Positions 1 through 9,199 of a DNA stretch of 32,000 nt are shown here, one piece after another (positions within the stretch are counted from its first letter, which is position 1; each line of letters opens with the position of its first letter). The notes under the pieces were generated by a model. It was given only the letters and a program-made list of their open reading frames with translations, did no database searches and had not been told where the DNA came from. The position numbers and the translations under genes are program-made. Source of the DNA: Candidatus Lokiarchaeum ossiferum (GTDB taxonomy: Archaea > Asgardarchaeota > Lokiarchaeia > Sigyniarchaeales > Promethearchaeaceae); contig CP104013.1 of assembly GCA_025839675.1 (NCBI GenBank), forward strand, positions 960,001 to 992,000, read 5' to 3'.

Positions 1-2
1 AA

Positions 3-2234
3 AAAAACTTAAGTTATTCCATAGATTTTGGAGGAAATCGGAAATTTACCAATGGAACAGTCCAAATATTTTATAAATCAAAATTATATTCATCCTATTC
101 TTCTCAATTGGAGACTCAATTGACTTTTCGAGGGGAAAAACACCAAGAAGGCACGAATGATCTAGGCATTTTTCATAAAACCATTTGGACATGGCAAATC
201 CCTCAAACTGAACTAACATTTCAAACACAGTTTTTAGAATTTCCAGAAAAAGATTACATTATATTCCAATTTCATGTTGAAGACTCTATTTCCAATATCA
301 ATATCAAGCAAATGAAGCAACCCAACGTAAAATTTCCGTGTTTTAATAATGAAAGTTATAATCAACGAATATTGACATATCGAGATGCTCAATTTCATCC
401 CGCTCAACGTGATTTTGATTTTGTTACAGCTCCAGTTATGCTTTTTGATGATGCTAAAAATGTCGTCATAATTTCGGCATTGGATCATTTCATTACTAAT
501 GGAGTTGGAAAAAAACTCAATAACAAAAATGGAATGCAAATACAATGTGGAACCAATGGTCATGTTGCAATTATCCCTCAAAATCACACCCACCGCTACA
601 TTGTCGTTTTTCATCAAGGAATAAACGAGAGTATGCGTTATTGGGGATCCTTATTGAGAAAATTTCATCACGCACCAAAAAAAGAGCGGTATTCTGACGT
701 CGTGTGCAATTCATTAGGGTATTTCACCGATAATGGAGCCTATTACTATTACAATCCTATCAAAGGTAAAAAATTTGATCAAACACTTATAGAAGTCAAA
801 AAGCATGCAGATCAAATGAAAATTCCCTATCAATATTACCAATTGGATAGCTGGTGGTATATTAAATCCCTTAAGAAATGGAAACGTGATATTCAAGGAT
901 ATTTTGGAAAAATTTTAGGAGGGGGGTTATTTGGAGGTACAAAGGATTGGAGCCCAGATCCTTATGCATTTGATATGAGCCTTGAAGATTTGTATCAAAA
1001 ATTAGGACAAAAACCCTTTATAGCTCATAACCGATGGTTTTCGGATGATACAATATATGCTGACAAATTCAAATTTGATATCATCGAGAATCGCGCTCTT
1101 TCAATTGATCCGGACTTTTGGGACTATTTAATGGCTTATTGCAAAAAAAATCATATCGCTGTTTATGAACAAGACTGGCTTTCAACCCACATGGAAAAGA
1201 TGCCACGCCTTCATTCAGAAATTGGGTATGCAGAAAAGTGGTTGGAAAATATGGCTATGGCAGCCGAAAAGCATGGAATCGCTATCCAATATTGTATGGC
1301 CACCCCTGCAATAATCATGCAATCAATTCACAATAAAGCCATTACAAATTCCCGATCCGCTGAAGATTACAATCCTCGTTGGCCTCATAGATATGATGTT
1401 CCGCCGTTCTTTCAATCCTCAATGTTTTCTTCAGCTTTAGGTTTAAATGTCATTAAAGATACCTTCCAAACTACGAGAATATCAAAGATGGCAGGAGAAA
1501 AATACCCAGAACTGATGGTTCTCACGGGAGCTCTTGGAGGAGGACCCATCAGTCCGGGTGACGCAATCGGACATATGAATGCAGAATTAATAAATGCAAC
1601 TTGCCGTAAGGATGGATGGCTATATAAACCATCCCATCCTATGATTCCAGCAGATATCACATTTATCAAGAATTCAACTTACTTTATAGGCCATACATTC
1701 TCACAAATTGCGAATTATAAATGGATTTATAGTCTTACTGCGAATTTTTGGCCGAAACGAGTGAAAAATCCTGATTATTCATTAAAAGAGATCGGAATAG
1801 ATGGAAGATACATTGAGTATGATTGGTTTTCTAAAAAAACACGCCTAGTTGATACAACGAGCAAGTTTGAGGACAAGTTAGAAGAAGAGCAATATATATT
1901 TTCTATATATTCCCCCTTAATTAATAAATCCTTTGCGCTACTTGGAGATGTAAACAAAATCATCATGATGAATGATTGTGAGTTTCTCTCTTTTAATGCT
2001 GGAGATAAGATATATTCCTTCATAATCTCTAATATTGAACAAGAAAGTATGGTAATCTTATTTTATGCCATCCATAAACCATCGGAGCTGCTAATTGATG
2101 AGAAACTCATTGAGGAAAGTGAAAAGAAGACAAATATATCATGGCAATATTCCAGTGAGAATAAATTAGGCAAAATTATGCTTTATTTTGCAAAAACTCG
2201 AGAAATAAATATCCAAGTCAAAATGGAAGATTGA
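3..2234 (+). CDS. Large soluble protein whose 5' end is probably outside the window; possibly a glycoside-hydrolase-like enzyme (family not assignable)
   Basis: The frame of the listed 108..2234 ORF stays open back to nt 3 with no stop and no in-frame ATG. The TTG at 108 is therefore probably internal and the gene begins upstream of the window. It is a long uninterrupted ORF with ordinary amino-acid composition. The YYQLDSWWY strand-like motif resembles the DDGW-type strand of TIM-barrel glycosidases, but this is only a resemblance. Confidence 0.75.
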   Translation, partial: KNLSYSIDFGGNRKFTNGTVQIFYKSKLYSSYSSQLETQLTFRGEKHQEGTNDLGIFHKTIWTWQIPQTELTFQTQFLEFPEKDYIIFQFHVEDSISNINIKQMKQPNVKFPCFNNESYNQRILTYRDAQFHPAQRDFDFVTAPVMLFDDAKNVVIISALDHFITNGVGKKLNNKNGMQIQCGTNGHVAIIPQNHTHRYIVVFHQGINESMRYWGSLLRKFHHAPKKERYSDVVCNSLGYFTDNGAYYYYNPIKGKKFDQTLIEVKKHADQMKIPYQYYQLDSWWYIKSLKKWKRDIQGYFGKILGGGLFGGTKDWSPDPYAFDMSLEDLYQKLGQKPFIAHNRWFSDDTIYADKFKFDIIENRALSIDPDFWDYLMAYCKKNHIAVYEQDWLSTHMEKMPRLHSEIGYAEKWLENMAMAAEKHGIAIQYCMATPAIIMQSIHNKAITNSRSAEDYNPRWPHRYDVPPFFQSSMFSSALGLNVIKDTFQTTRISKMAGEKYPELMVLTGALGGGPISPGDAIGHMNAELINATCRKDGWLYKPSHPMIPADITFIKNSTYFIGHTFSQIANYKWIYSLTANFWPKRVKNPDYSLKEIGIDGRYIEYDWFSKKTRLVDTTSKFEDKLEEEQYIFSIYSPLINKSFALLGDVNKIIMMNDCEFLSFNAGDKIYSFIISNIEQESMVILFYAIHKPSELLIDEKLIEESEKKTNISWQYSSENKLGKIMLYFAKTREINIQVKMED

Positions 2235-2405
2235 GAAAAAGACCAAATCCACTTCAATATCTGATTATATTCTAAGAATAACTATGATGGGGATTATAGA
2301 ACTATATTTTATGAATAACAGAATTTTTTTATTTTTCTCTACATTTTTTTTTAAACATTAATGATCATAAGATATAATTAAATTTGCATTTCTGCAAGTA
2401 TTTGG

Positions 2406-4961
2406 TTGATCTACATGACATTTTCATCCCTCGTTCTATCATTAAAACAAAAATATTACTTACCCGTTTCCATTGGGATAATATTATCAATTAGTTTAAG
2501 TTCTGGTCTTTTCTATTTTTATGAAAGTTATCAAAACTATAGTTTTAGTTATACTTTTGAGGATTTTTCGGACATTGAATTAAAGCATGCACACATTATA
2601 TGGCATGATACAGATGGAATTCGATATTGTAGCCCCAATGTGAATTTTCCCACCCTTTTTGCTGAAACGGATGAAATTGTCAATGAATCACTTCAAAATT
2701 CTGGTTTACGATATCAAAACTATATAAAATATGGATTGCTAGCCTTTGACATTGGGTTTGTTTCGACTGAAAATTATTCTCAAATTAAAGAGGTCTATGC
2801 TGCATCTACAGAGTTAATTTATAAAAAGGAATGCGTTTCCACAGAATTAATTTTTAATTTTTTTCAGGAGGATTATTACCTTTCGGAGCGATTTACAAAT
2901 TATTTTACTATTATTGAAGGGAAAGCACCCTCAAGTCCAGATGAAATTTTAATTGACTATGGCATGGCTTCGAAATATGGATTTGGAATTAATTCTCCAG
3001 TAAATATTACAACGCGAATTGGATCAATACTAAAGAACCCTATTAGGAACTATCCTGTATTAACGAATTTAATGGATTTTCGCTTAACAAATATTAATGT
3101 TTCTGGTATATATGTACCCAGATATTATACTTTCACTTTAGATCAAGAGGATTATCGATACTCTTATAATTACCAAGATTTTCAACAAAATCGCCTTTAT
3201 TCTGAAAATAATTGGGTAGATAAACCTGCAATCTTTACATACTCAAACTTTACAGAACCTAATTATAGAAATGTTGCTCAAGAACTTTTTTCGACAATAC
3301 AAAACAGTTCTTTTGCTGGATTTCTGCAAAGAACGATAACTAAATCAGGATATTCTGTATTTTATTCAAGAAATGCAATAAATTATAAAAATATTCATCT
3401 TGAGACGAAGCAAATTGATAATCAGATATCTAATTTAATGCAATCTCTCCCAGTGAACATAGGAATCTCCAATATTATTTCACCTATTTTACTTGAGTTT
3501 ATGCAAGAGAGCACTTCCTCGAATTTCATTCTTCAGCTACTTAACATCCCGATTATTATGTTTTCCTTATATTTTGGGTTGACCTCTCAGAAATCCATTG
3601 AAGAGAGGCGAAATAATGAACTATTTCATCTTAAAGTTAAGGGCTTTCCTTCAAAAGCCATTTCTTCCCAAATTCTCAAAGAAAGTGTAATTTTTGGAAT
3701 TATCGATGGAATTTTGGGAATGATTTTAGGATTGATCATTTTCTTTGGTTATTTTGTGTTCCTTGGACCAATATTCCTTGACACCTTTCCAGTTTTTCTT
3801 TTACCCTTCATATCTTTCACTTCAATTATAATTTCACTCGTTTTAGGAATTATTTCACATCTTCTCATCAATATACCCATAATTAGAAAAGTGAAGAAAA
3901 CGCATTTTGATGAGTTGTACAAAAAATTCAATAAAGATCCAAATATCATCCAAACCAATAACTTGGTTAATATAACAGAAGATGAAAACAAATCTGGAGA
4001 ATATTTTGAAAAGAAATGGAAAAATGGTTCAAATTCGTTTGCCAAATTTTTGATTGTATTGGGATTATTACCATTTTTCCTACTTTTTCTTCCTCTTGTA
4101 GCAATAAAGATTCCGTTACCCGATTTTCTAATCGATATCGTAGAAATATTATCCGAATTGGGTATTTTATTTGATTTATTAGTCATCATATCCATGATTA
4201 GTTTTATCACGGGTATTATAACAATACTTTATCAAAAACCACCAAAAATAATCAAAATATGTTTGAATTCTACATCAAAATGGATATTCCAAGGCTACGA
4301 ACCGTTGATTTATTCAGATATTTTTGGAAATAGAAAAAGAATGCATATTGGCAATAAATTGACCCAAATTTTGGCGATTAATATTTTTATTAATTTTCTA
4401 TTTTACTCTACCTCTGCATTGAAACTACTTCCGATAGAACTTAATAGTTCCATTCAAGATGGCGTTTTTGACTCAATGATCTCCACAGAATTTTATCATA
4501 TCATTTTAAATTTTATAGCATTTGCAAGTCTTATATTGGCGATCATTGTAGGTATCTCAGAATCTTTAGTAATGAATGAGAATTTTGAAATTAATAAAAT
4601 GCTCTATAATCGGGGATTAAAGTCGAAGATCATTCAATCCATTTTCATCTACGAAATTTTGTTCATTTTCATTTTAGGAATGATTTTAGGTACTATTATC
4701 GGTTTTATCTACGCATTATTAGTTATAGGATTCAAATATGTAATAATTCAATTACAATTTTCAATTTCATCATATTTGAAATTTAGTGATGTTTTTACCT
4801 TCAATTTTCTATCATATTTAATAATTTTAGTCGCAATCTTGCTAATATCCTCATCCATTTCGTTCTTCTTAATTAAACGGCAGAAATTTCGTAATTCAAC
4901 AAAGGCATTAGAAAGTAAAAAAGATCCCAAAATTGTAAAAGCTTTTCAATTTGATATATAG
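2406..4961 (+). CDS. Double FtsX/MacB-type ABC-transporter permease with a large extracytoplasmic domain
   Basis: 851-aa ORF starting at TTG 2406 or ATG 2415. It has an N-terminal TM helix, a roughly 340-aa non-membrane domain, then TM clusters. There are two FtsX-like signatures: ERRNNELFHLKVKGFPSKAISSQILKESVIFGIIDGILGMILGLI and MLYNRGLKSKIIQSIFIYEILFIFILGMILGTIIG. Identical DNA (GGAATGATTTTAGG) at 3717-3730 and 4677-4690 marks the internal duplication. Confidence 0.85.
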   Translation: MIYMTFSSLVLSLKQKYYLPVSIGIILSISLSSGLFYFYESYQNYSFSYTFEDFSDIELKHAHIIWHDTDGIRYCSPNVNFPTLFAETDEIVNESLQNSGLRYQNYIKYGLLAFDIGFVSTENYSQIKEVYAASTELIYKKECVSTELIFNFFQEDYYLSERFTNYFTIIEGKAPSSPDEILIDYGMASKYGFGINSPVNITTRIGSILKNPIRNYPVLTNLMDFRLTNINVSGIYVPRYYTFTLDQEDYRYSYNYQDFQQNRLYSENNWVDKPAIFTYSNFTEPNYRNVAQELFSTIQNSSFAGFLQRTITKSGYSVFYSRNAINYKNIHLETKQIDNQISNLMQSLPVNIGISNIISPILLEFMQESTSSNFILQLLNIPIIMFSLYFGLTSQKSIEERRNNELFHLKVKGFPSKAISSQILKESVIFGIIDGILGMILGLIIFFGYFVFLGPIFLDTFPVFLLPFISFTSIIISLVLGIISHLLINIPIIRKVKKTHFDELYKKFNKDPNIIQTNNLVNITEDENKSGEYFEKKWKNGSNSFAKFLIVLGLLPFFLLFLPLVAIKIPLPDFLIDIVEILSELGILFDLLVIISMISFITGIITILYQKPPKIIKICLNSTSKWIFQGYEPLIYSDIFGNRKRMHIGNKLTQILAINIFINFLFYSTSALKLLPIELNSSIQDGVFDSMISTEFYHIILNFIAFASLILAIIVGISESLVMNENFEINKMLYNRGLKSKIIQSIFIYEILFIFILGMILGTIIGFIYALLVIGFKYVIIQLQFSISSYLKFSDVFTFNFLSYLIILVAILLISSSISFFLIKRQKFRNSTKALESKKDPKIVKAFQFDI

Positions 4962-5030
4962 GATCAAAAAAATCCTTCTGGATTTAAGGTCCCTCCGCAT
5001 TTTTTTAAGTATAAATGACTATATACCATT

Positions 5031-5840
5031 ATGTTTGTAATCATCCCTGAATTAAAAAATACCTTCATTGGATTAATTTATGAAACGTTTATTATCCTTT
5101 TATTCGGTATACTCCTTATATTAATCGGTCGGCGGTTTAAACGGAGAAAAACTGAATACACTCGCAATATGTTCATCATTTTCTTGAGCTTCACAGTTGC
5201 AATCATTTTCTCTTGGCTTTCAAAACTGATTCTCTTAATTATGGAAGTTCCGAGTTTTGATTTTGTTGATCCAACCACGTCAGGATTCTTTATAATAGCC
5301 CGAATACTTCAATTTCGGGTCAGCTTCATACTAATGGTGGTGGGAGCATACTTTATCTATATTATGAAAGTGAAGATTTTCGAAGAAAAAGCGAACCCAA
5401 TGGAAAAGTGGATCGTTCGCATCCTATCTTTAATCACATTTGCCTATTCAATGGTTTTTGTTGAACAATCCAATGTGCTACTGGATGTAATTGCATTCTT
5501 GTTTGCATTTTTAACCTTGATGGTTGTGTTTATTCCTTTTACAATTGCATCATTCAAAATGAGAAAAAGTATCAAGGGAAAAGTCTATAAAAATGCCGCT
5601 TTTTCTCTTGGCATTATGGGAATATGTTTTATTCTTATTTTATTTAATTTTCTCTTGGATCGATTATGGATGATGATTTTTAATGATGATGGATACACCT
5701 TTTTCTATTTTACTGCTTGGGCAATGGGGATTTTAGGAGCCATCACGGCATATATTGGTTATATTCGTCCTGAGCAACAACAAAAACTGATTCAAACCAT
5801 GTCTCAAAATCGAGATGATAAAATTATTGAGGATGAATAG
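5031..5840 (+). CDS. Seven-TM integral membrane protein, function unknown
   Basis: 269-aa ORF with an ATG start. By hydrophobicity I count seven helices. Basic clusters (RRFKRRK, KVKIFEEK, KMRKSIKGK) fall on alternate loops, implying an N-out/C-in topology. The C-terminal tail is polar. Confidence 0.8.
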   Translation: MFVIIPELKNTFIGLIYETFIILLFGILLILIGRRFKRRKTEYTRNMFIIFLSFTVAIIFSWLSKLILLIMEVPSFDFVDPTTSGFFIIARILQFRVSFILMVVGAYFIYIMKVKIFEEKANPMEKWIVRILSLITFAYSMVFVEQSNVLLDVIAFLFAFLTLMVVFIPFTIASFKMRKSIKGKVYKNAAFSLGIMGICFILILFNFLLDRLWMMIFNDDGYTFFYFTAWAMGILGAITAYIGYIRPEQQQKLIQTMSQNRDDKIIEDE

Positions 5841-5858
5841 AACTCTCCTACTCTCTTC

Positions 5859-5865
5859 TTTTTTT
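5859..5865 (+). terminator. Oligo-T tract downstream of the 5031..5840 gene
   Basis: Seven consecutive T about 20 nt after the TAG stop. Archaeal RNA polymerase terminates at oligo-T. Such runs are common in DNA this AT-rich, so this is a weak call. Confidence 0.3.
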
Positions 5866-6124
5866 AAATTACCTTATTCTTAGTTATTTCAAGATACAAA
5901 TTTTGAAGTTTTCGTATAATAATTAATATTAAATGACCCTAAATGAGGAAATATTAAAAAATTGTTGAATAAGAAGAGAAAAAAAAGATTCAAAATTAGA
6001 GTTTCTTCATTTCATCATATATTTTTCGGTGGCACTATTTATTTCTTCAGTTCCCGCGGTCATTTCTTCCAAAGATAACTTTTGAAGATCATGAAAAAAA
6101 TGGGTTTGTTTCGATCTACCCTTT

Positions 6125-7102
6125 TTACTTTCGTACAACTGTAGGCGGAATGGGTCGACGAATTGTTGAAGGTTCAATCCCAGCTCGCATTGCCATGATA
6201 AGACCTGCCGCTTCCAAATAATTTTCAACATAAATAAATTTATCATGCTCAGGAATATTAAGGACACTTCGATTTTCTTTAACTACAATAATAGGGATAC
6301 CCGCTTTTAAGCAAGCTTCGTGAGGAGGGCCGAAACAACCATATGGAGAAACCATACAATCTATATCATCAATACTGAGACCTTTTTTAGCATTTAAACG
6401 CGGTGCTTTGTGAAGTCCCTTCAATATACAATGAATAAAATTTTCAGTTATAGTTTCTACTGCAATCCGCGGGTCCACAATTTCTTTTAATTCATTCAAG
6501 GCATAATCAACAGGTCCATGGGCAACAGGTTTTCCGATTTTCCGAGCAATTAATTTGGAGGCTTTGGCTTCCACACCTCCAACAGGATTAACTCCACCTG
6601 TTTCAAAATATTTTGTCATTGTATCCTTGTCCACAGTTATAGGGGTGGCAATTGCAAGAGCATCAAACTCCAAAGGTAGCACTTGCTCTACTAGCTCTTC
6701 CCACCCTTCAACATCTCCAGTGGCAATTTGATTCTCAAATTTCGCAAACATTTTCAAAGGAGTTTTTAATTCTAAGATTTCAGCATTTATTCCCAAGGAA
6801 ATACGTGCGGCTGAAACAGCATTGATGGATTGATAATCGGCTTTATTTACAACTACCAGAATTTTATTAGAGTGCACTTTTTGCAAATAGGTTTTTCCTT
6901 GAAGGAACATATCTAGTTGACTGCCCTCCACATACAAGCTGTTGTGTGGCATTTCATTCAAATCAGAGGCGTTAACCACATTAGGGTGAAGCACTAATGT
7001 ATCACAACATTGACCGAGAAGACGGGCGGCAACTTGTCCATCCCCACAATGCCCCCCAATTTCACATCCAATTCCAGTTGGGATTATCATAACAATATTC
7101 AT
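6125..7102 (-). CDS. Conserved uncharacterised protein, DUF3326-like (assigned from memory of the family motif)
   Basis: 325-aa ORF with an ATG start. The N-terminal motif IPTGIGCEIGGHCGDG matches my recollection of the PTGIGA-IGG-AGDA signature of DUF3326. The composition is globular. Confidence 0.85.
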   Translation of the reverse strand: MNIVMIIPTGIGCEIGGHCGDGQVAARLLGQCCDTLVLHPNVVNASDLNEMPHNSLYVEGSQLDMFLQGKTYLQKVHSNKILVVVNKADYQSINAVSAARISLGINAEILELKTPLKMFAKFENQIATGDVEGWEELVEQVLPLEFDALAIATPITVDKDTMTKYFETGGVNPVGGVEAKASKLIARKIGKPVAHGPVDYALNELKEIVDPRIAVETITENFIHCILKGLHKAPRLNAKKGLSIDDIDCMVSPYGCFGPPHEACLKAGIPIIVVKENRSVLNIPEHDKFIYVENYLEAAGLIMAMRAGIEPSTIRRPIPPTVVRK

Positions 7103-7180
7103 GTTGATAATACTATGAGTTATATACTTTTAACATTTTATAATTCGAAATTAAGAATCAAGTCGATTCACTTAACACAA

Positions 7181-7460
7181 GGACCAGATTTTCGCACTCT
7201 CAGTAGTCAAAAGATGGGGTAATGTATGCGAAGCAGACATTATGGAAGTTCATTCATGGTTTCGTGCAATTCGGAGTGAATTGCGGATTTCAAACCATAG
7301 AGACACATTGACATACTAAAAGTACAGTGAAAATGAATGTTAGGTGTTAAATAGAGTCTAACATGGAGATAGGATTACCAATTATTTTGGAGTCAACTCA
7401 GTGAGACAAGATTGTACAGTGGTCATGTCATGTTTCACAGTGAGACTCTCTGGTTGGTCC
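7181..7460. ncRNA. Candidate structured non-coding RNA or leader within a 508-nt gene-free gap (class unknown)
   Basis: No ORF of 60 aa or more explains 7103..7610. G+C is about 40% by hand count over 7201-7320 and 7381-7460, versus roughly 25-30% in other spacers here. A two-tier hairpin spans 7256-7298: outer stem ATGGTTT/AAACCAT and inner stem GCAATTC-GGAGT-GAATTGC. A second hairpin is ATGTTAG (7337-7343) with CTAACAT (7358-7364). GGACCA (7181-7186) can pair with TGGTCC (7455-7460) as a closing helix. Direct repeats are CAGTGAGAC (7399-7407, 7438-7446) and GTACAGTG (7322-7329, 7414-7421). Strand and ends are unknown. Confidence 0.3.
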
Positions 7461-7610
7461 AGAATTAAAAGTCTTTTATGATGGGGAAATGAAATTGATA
7501 AATTATTGTATTATACAAGAATCCAAAATTGTTCGGATATGGTTCAAATCATGTTTTTATTCAATAACTGGATAAAAAGCTTAATTTGTTCTAGGGGAAG
7601 TAAAAAAAAA

Positions 7611-8414
7611 ATGAAAAAAATTCTTATCTTATATGGGAGTCCAAAGGGAAAAGGAAATACTTCAAAGATAGCTCAACTGTTTATGCATGCTTTAGATATT
7701 CACAGAGAAAATGAATATGTAGAATTTTATTTGAAGGATATGAATATTGGATTATGCAAAGGTTGTATGGCATGTGTTACCAAAGGAATAGAAAAATGTC
7801 CATTAAATGATGATGTATCTATGATAATTACGGAAATCTTAAATTCTGATGGTGTCATACTTGCATCCCCGAATTTTACTGGAAATGTTCCATGGTTGGT
7901 AAAGAATTTCTTTGATCGGATGTGTTCCTTTGCCCATCGACCAATTTTCTTCAATCAACCACTTGCTATAGTTACAACTTGTGCTGGTATTGGATTGGCA
8001 GATTCCTTGAAAAATCATTCTGAACTACCTAAATATATTGGATTTCATCCTATTACTAAACTAGGTGTTAAAACCCCTCCTCATTTCTCATTTAAGAAAA
8101 TCAATCAAGCCATTCAAAAAAAAATTGAAAAATCAGCAAAATCTTTCCACCAATCTCTAATCTCAAAACAACCAAAATTCAATCTGGATTCTCTGATTTT
8201 TTATCAAATTTTTAAGAATATTATTCCTCTCCTTAGAAATTACTTCTCCAAAGATTTTAGCTACTGGAATGAACAAGGCTGGTTTTCCAAAGACAAAACG
8301 TTTTTTGTTTCATTCAAAGGAAAGAAATTACAAAAAATCCTCTCTCAATTTATTGGAAAAATGGCAGCAAGAAGTGTGGAAAAAGAACTGGTTCAAATAA
8401 AATCCAGTTCTTAG
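7611..8414 (+). CDS. Iron-sulfur flavoprotein (Isf)-like, NADPH-dependent FMN reductase / flavodoxin-fold protein
   Basis: The ORF is open from 7506, but the ATG at 7611 gives the canonical N-terminus MKKILILYGSPKGKGNTSKIA and is preceded by AGGGGAAG. The compact cysteine motif CKGCMACVTKGIEKC (C-x2-C-x2-C-x7-C) resembles the 4Fe-4S site of Methanosarcina Isf. The motif LASPNFTGNVP is typical of the fold. Confidence 0.85.
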   Translation: MKKILILYGSPKGKGNTSKIAQLFMHALDIHRENEYVEFYLKDMNIGLCKGCMACVTKGIEKCPLNDDVSMIITEILNSDGVILASPNFTGNVPWLVKNFFDRMCSFAHRPIFFNQPLAIVTTCAGIGLADSLKNHSELPKYIGFHPITKLGVKTPPHFSFKKINQAIQKKIEKSAKSFHQSLISKQPKFNLDSLIFYQIFKNIIPLLRNYFSKDFSYWNEQGWFSKDKTFFVSFKGKKLQKILSQFIGKMAARSVEKELVQIKSSS

Positions 8415-9199
8415 GTGGAAGGAATAAATGCATTTTTCCAAAAATAATTCCAAATTTTTTTAAGATAATCTATCCCAGATTTATCGGTCACATAGAAAGT
8501 CGTACCAAAGTCCGGTTTTTGATCAGAAATGGATGGAAACGACAGAAATCCTTCTCCTAAATCAGAAAATGCTACCGATATGGGGATTTTTTCCATAAAT
8601 TTCACGCATAAGAGTGGTGGTTGAGGGAGTATTTTGGAATATTTCTCCTTTTCAGGTTGCAAATTCTGGGGTATTATTAGATCCACTTTTTTTTTTGATA
8701 TATCTCCAGGAAATGGACTATCTGACATTATTGAGAATTTTTTTCCATTAATTAGGAAATCTGTCATTTTATGCACAAAATAACCCGTTCCATCAATAAT
8801 TTCCGCGTTTTTTAATTGAAAAATGTCTCGCGTTAAATTAAATGGTAAATCAGAGATTCTATGGGATGTGAAATAATTTGAATTTACAAAGAGAAAATTC
8901 ATTGGAGCAAAATTTTGAAGAATCAACATTCCATAATGTGCTAAATTATACTTGCGGGAGATAGGATCTCTCTCAACCAATTCCACATCAACCAAACGTT
9001 TTAAATGTCTTGATATCTCCGAATTTGAAATATTTCCTAGTTTAGCTGTTATTTCGGAGGATGAATATTCACAATCCTCAAGTAATAATAGAATTTGAAC
9101 ACGAATTGGATTCGCGAACACATTAAGTAAATCTTTGTATCCCATATAGTAATAACGTATTTTTGGCAGTTTAATTAATTTACACATATGTGAATACAT
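8411..9199 (-). CDS. ArsR-type winged-helix transcription regulator with a DUF1724-like C-terminal domain
   Basis: The HTH segment is LLNVFANPIRVQILLLLEDCEYSSSEITAKLGNISNSEISRHLKRLVDVELVERD, followed by a roughly 170-aa C-terminal domain, the architecture common in archaeal DUF1724 regulators. The ATG at 9197-9199 directly abuts the TAA (9200-9202) of the upstream gene. Alternative starts are at 9187 and 9145. The stop overlaps the convergent flavoprotein stop by 4 nt. Confidence 0.85.
   Translation of the reverse strand: MYSHMCKLIKLPKIRYYYMGYKDLLNVFANPIRVQILLLLEDCEYSSSEITAKLGNISNSEISRHLKRLVDVELVERDPISRKYNLAHYGMLILQNFAPMNFLFVNSNYFTSHRISDLPFNLTRDIFQLKNAEIIDGTGYFVHKMTDFLINGKKFSIMSDSPFPGDISKKKVDLIIPQNLQPEKEKYSKILPQPPLLCVKFMEKIPISVAFSDLGEGFLSFPSISDQKPDFGTTFYVTDKSGIDYLKKIWNYFWKNAFIPST

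Noticed and set aside
3749-4210. Antisense ORFs inside long genes: this 153-aa one, plus 20609..21070, 29771..30328, 15247..15586, 21067..21429, 18519..18842 and 1412..1669
   Set aside because: Each lies wholly inside a longer ORF with recognisable domains on the other strand. Their F/S/L/I-rich composition is what reverse-reading of A-rich codons produces.
6007-6267. 86-aa minus-strand ORF overlapping the 3' end of the DUF3326-like gene, and the 70-aa plus-strand ORF at 7010..7222 over its 5' end
   Set aside because: They are out-of-frame overlaps with a well-supported gene and have no motifs. They are most likely chance ORFs.
7256-7307. Idea that the two-tier hairpin followed by ACA (7303-7305) is an archaeal H/ACA guide RNA
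   Set aside because: The internal loop (3 nt versus 7 nt) is too small and asymmetric for a pseudouridylation pocket. I also see no convincing K-turn or K-loop in the upper stem.
7103-7610. Idea that the gap encodes SRP RNA, RNase P RNA or a C/D box sRNA
   Set aside because: I could not find the conserved RNase P CR-I motif (GAGGAAAGUCC) on either strand. I also found no SRP helix-8 GNAR/AGCA motifs and no properly spaced C (RUGAUGA) and D (CUGA) boxes.
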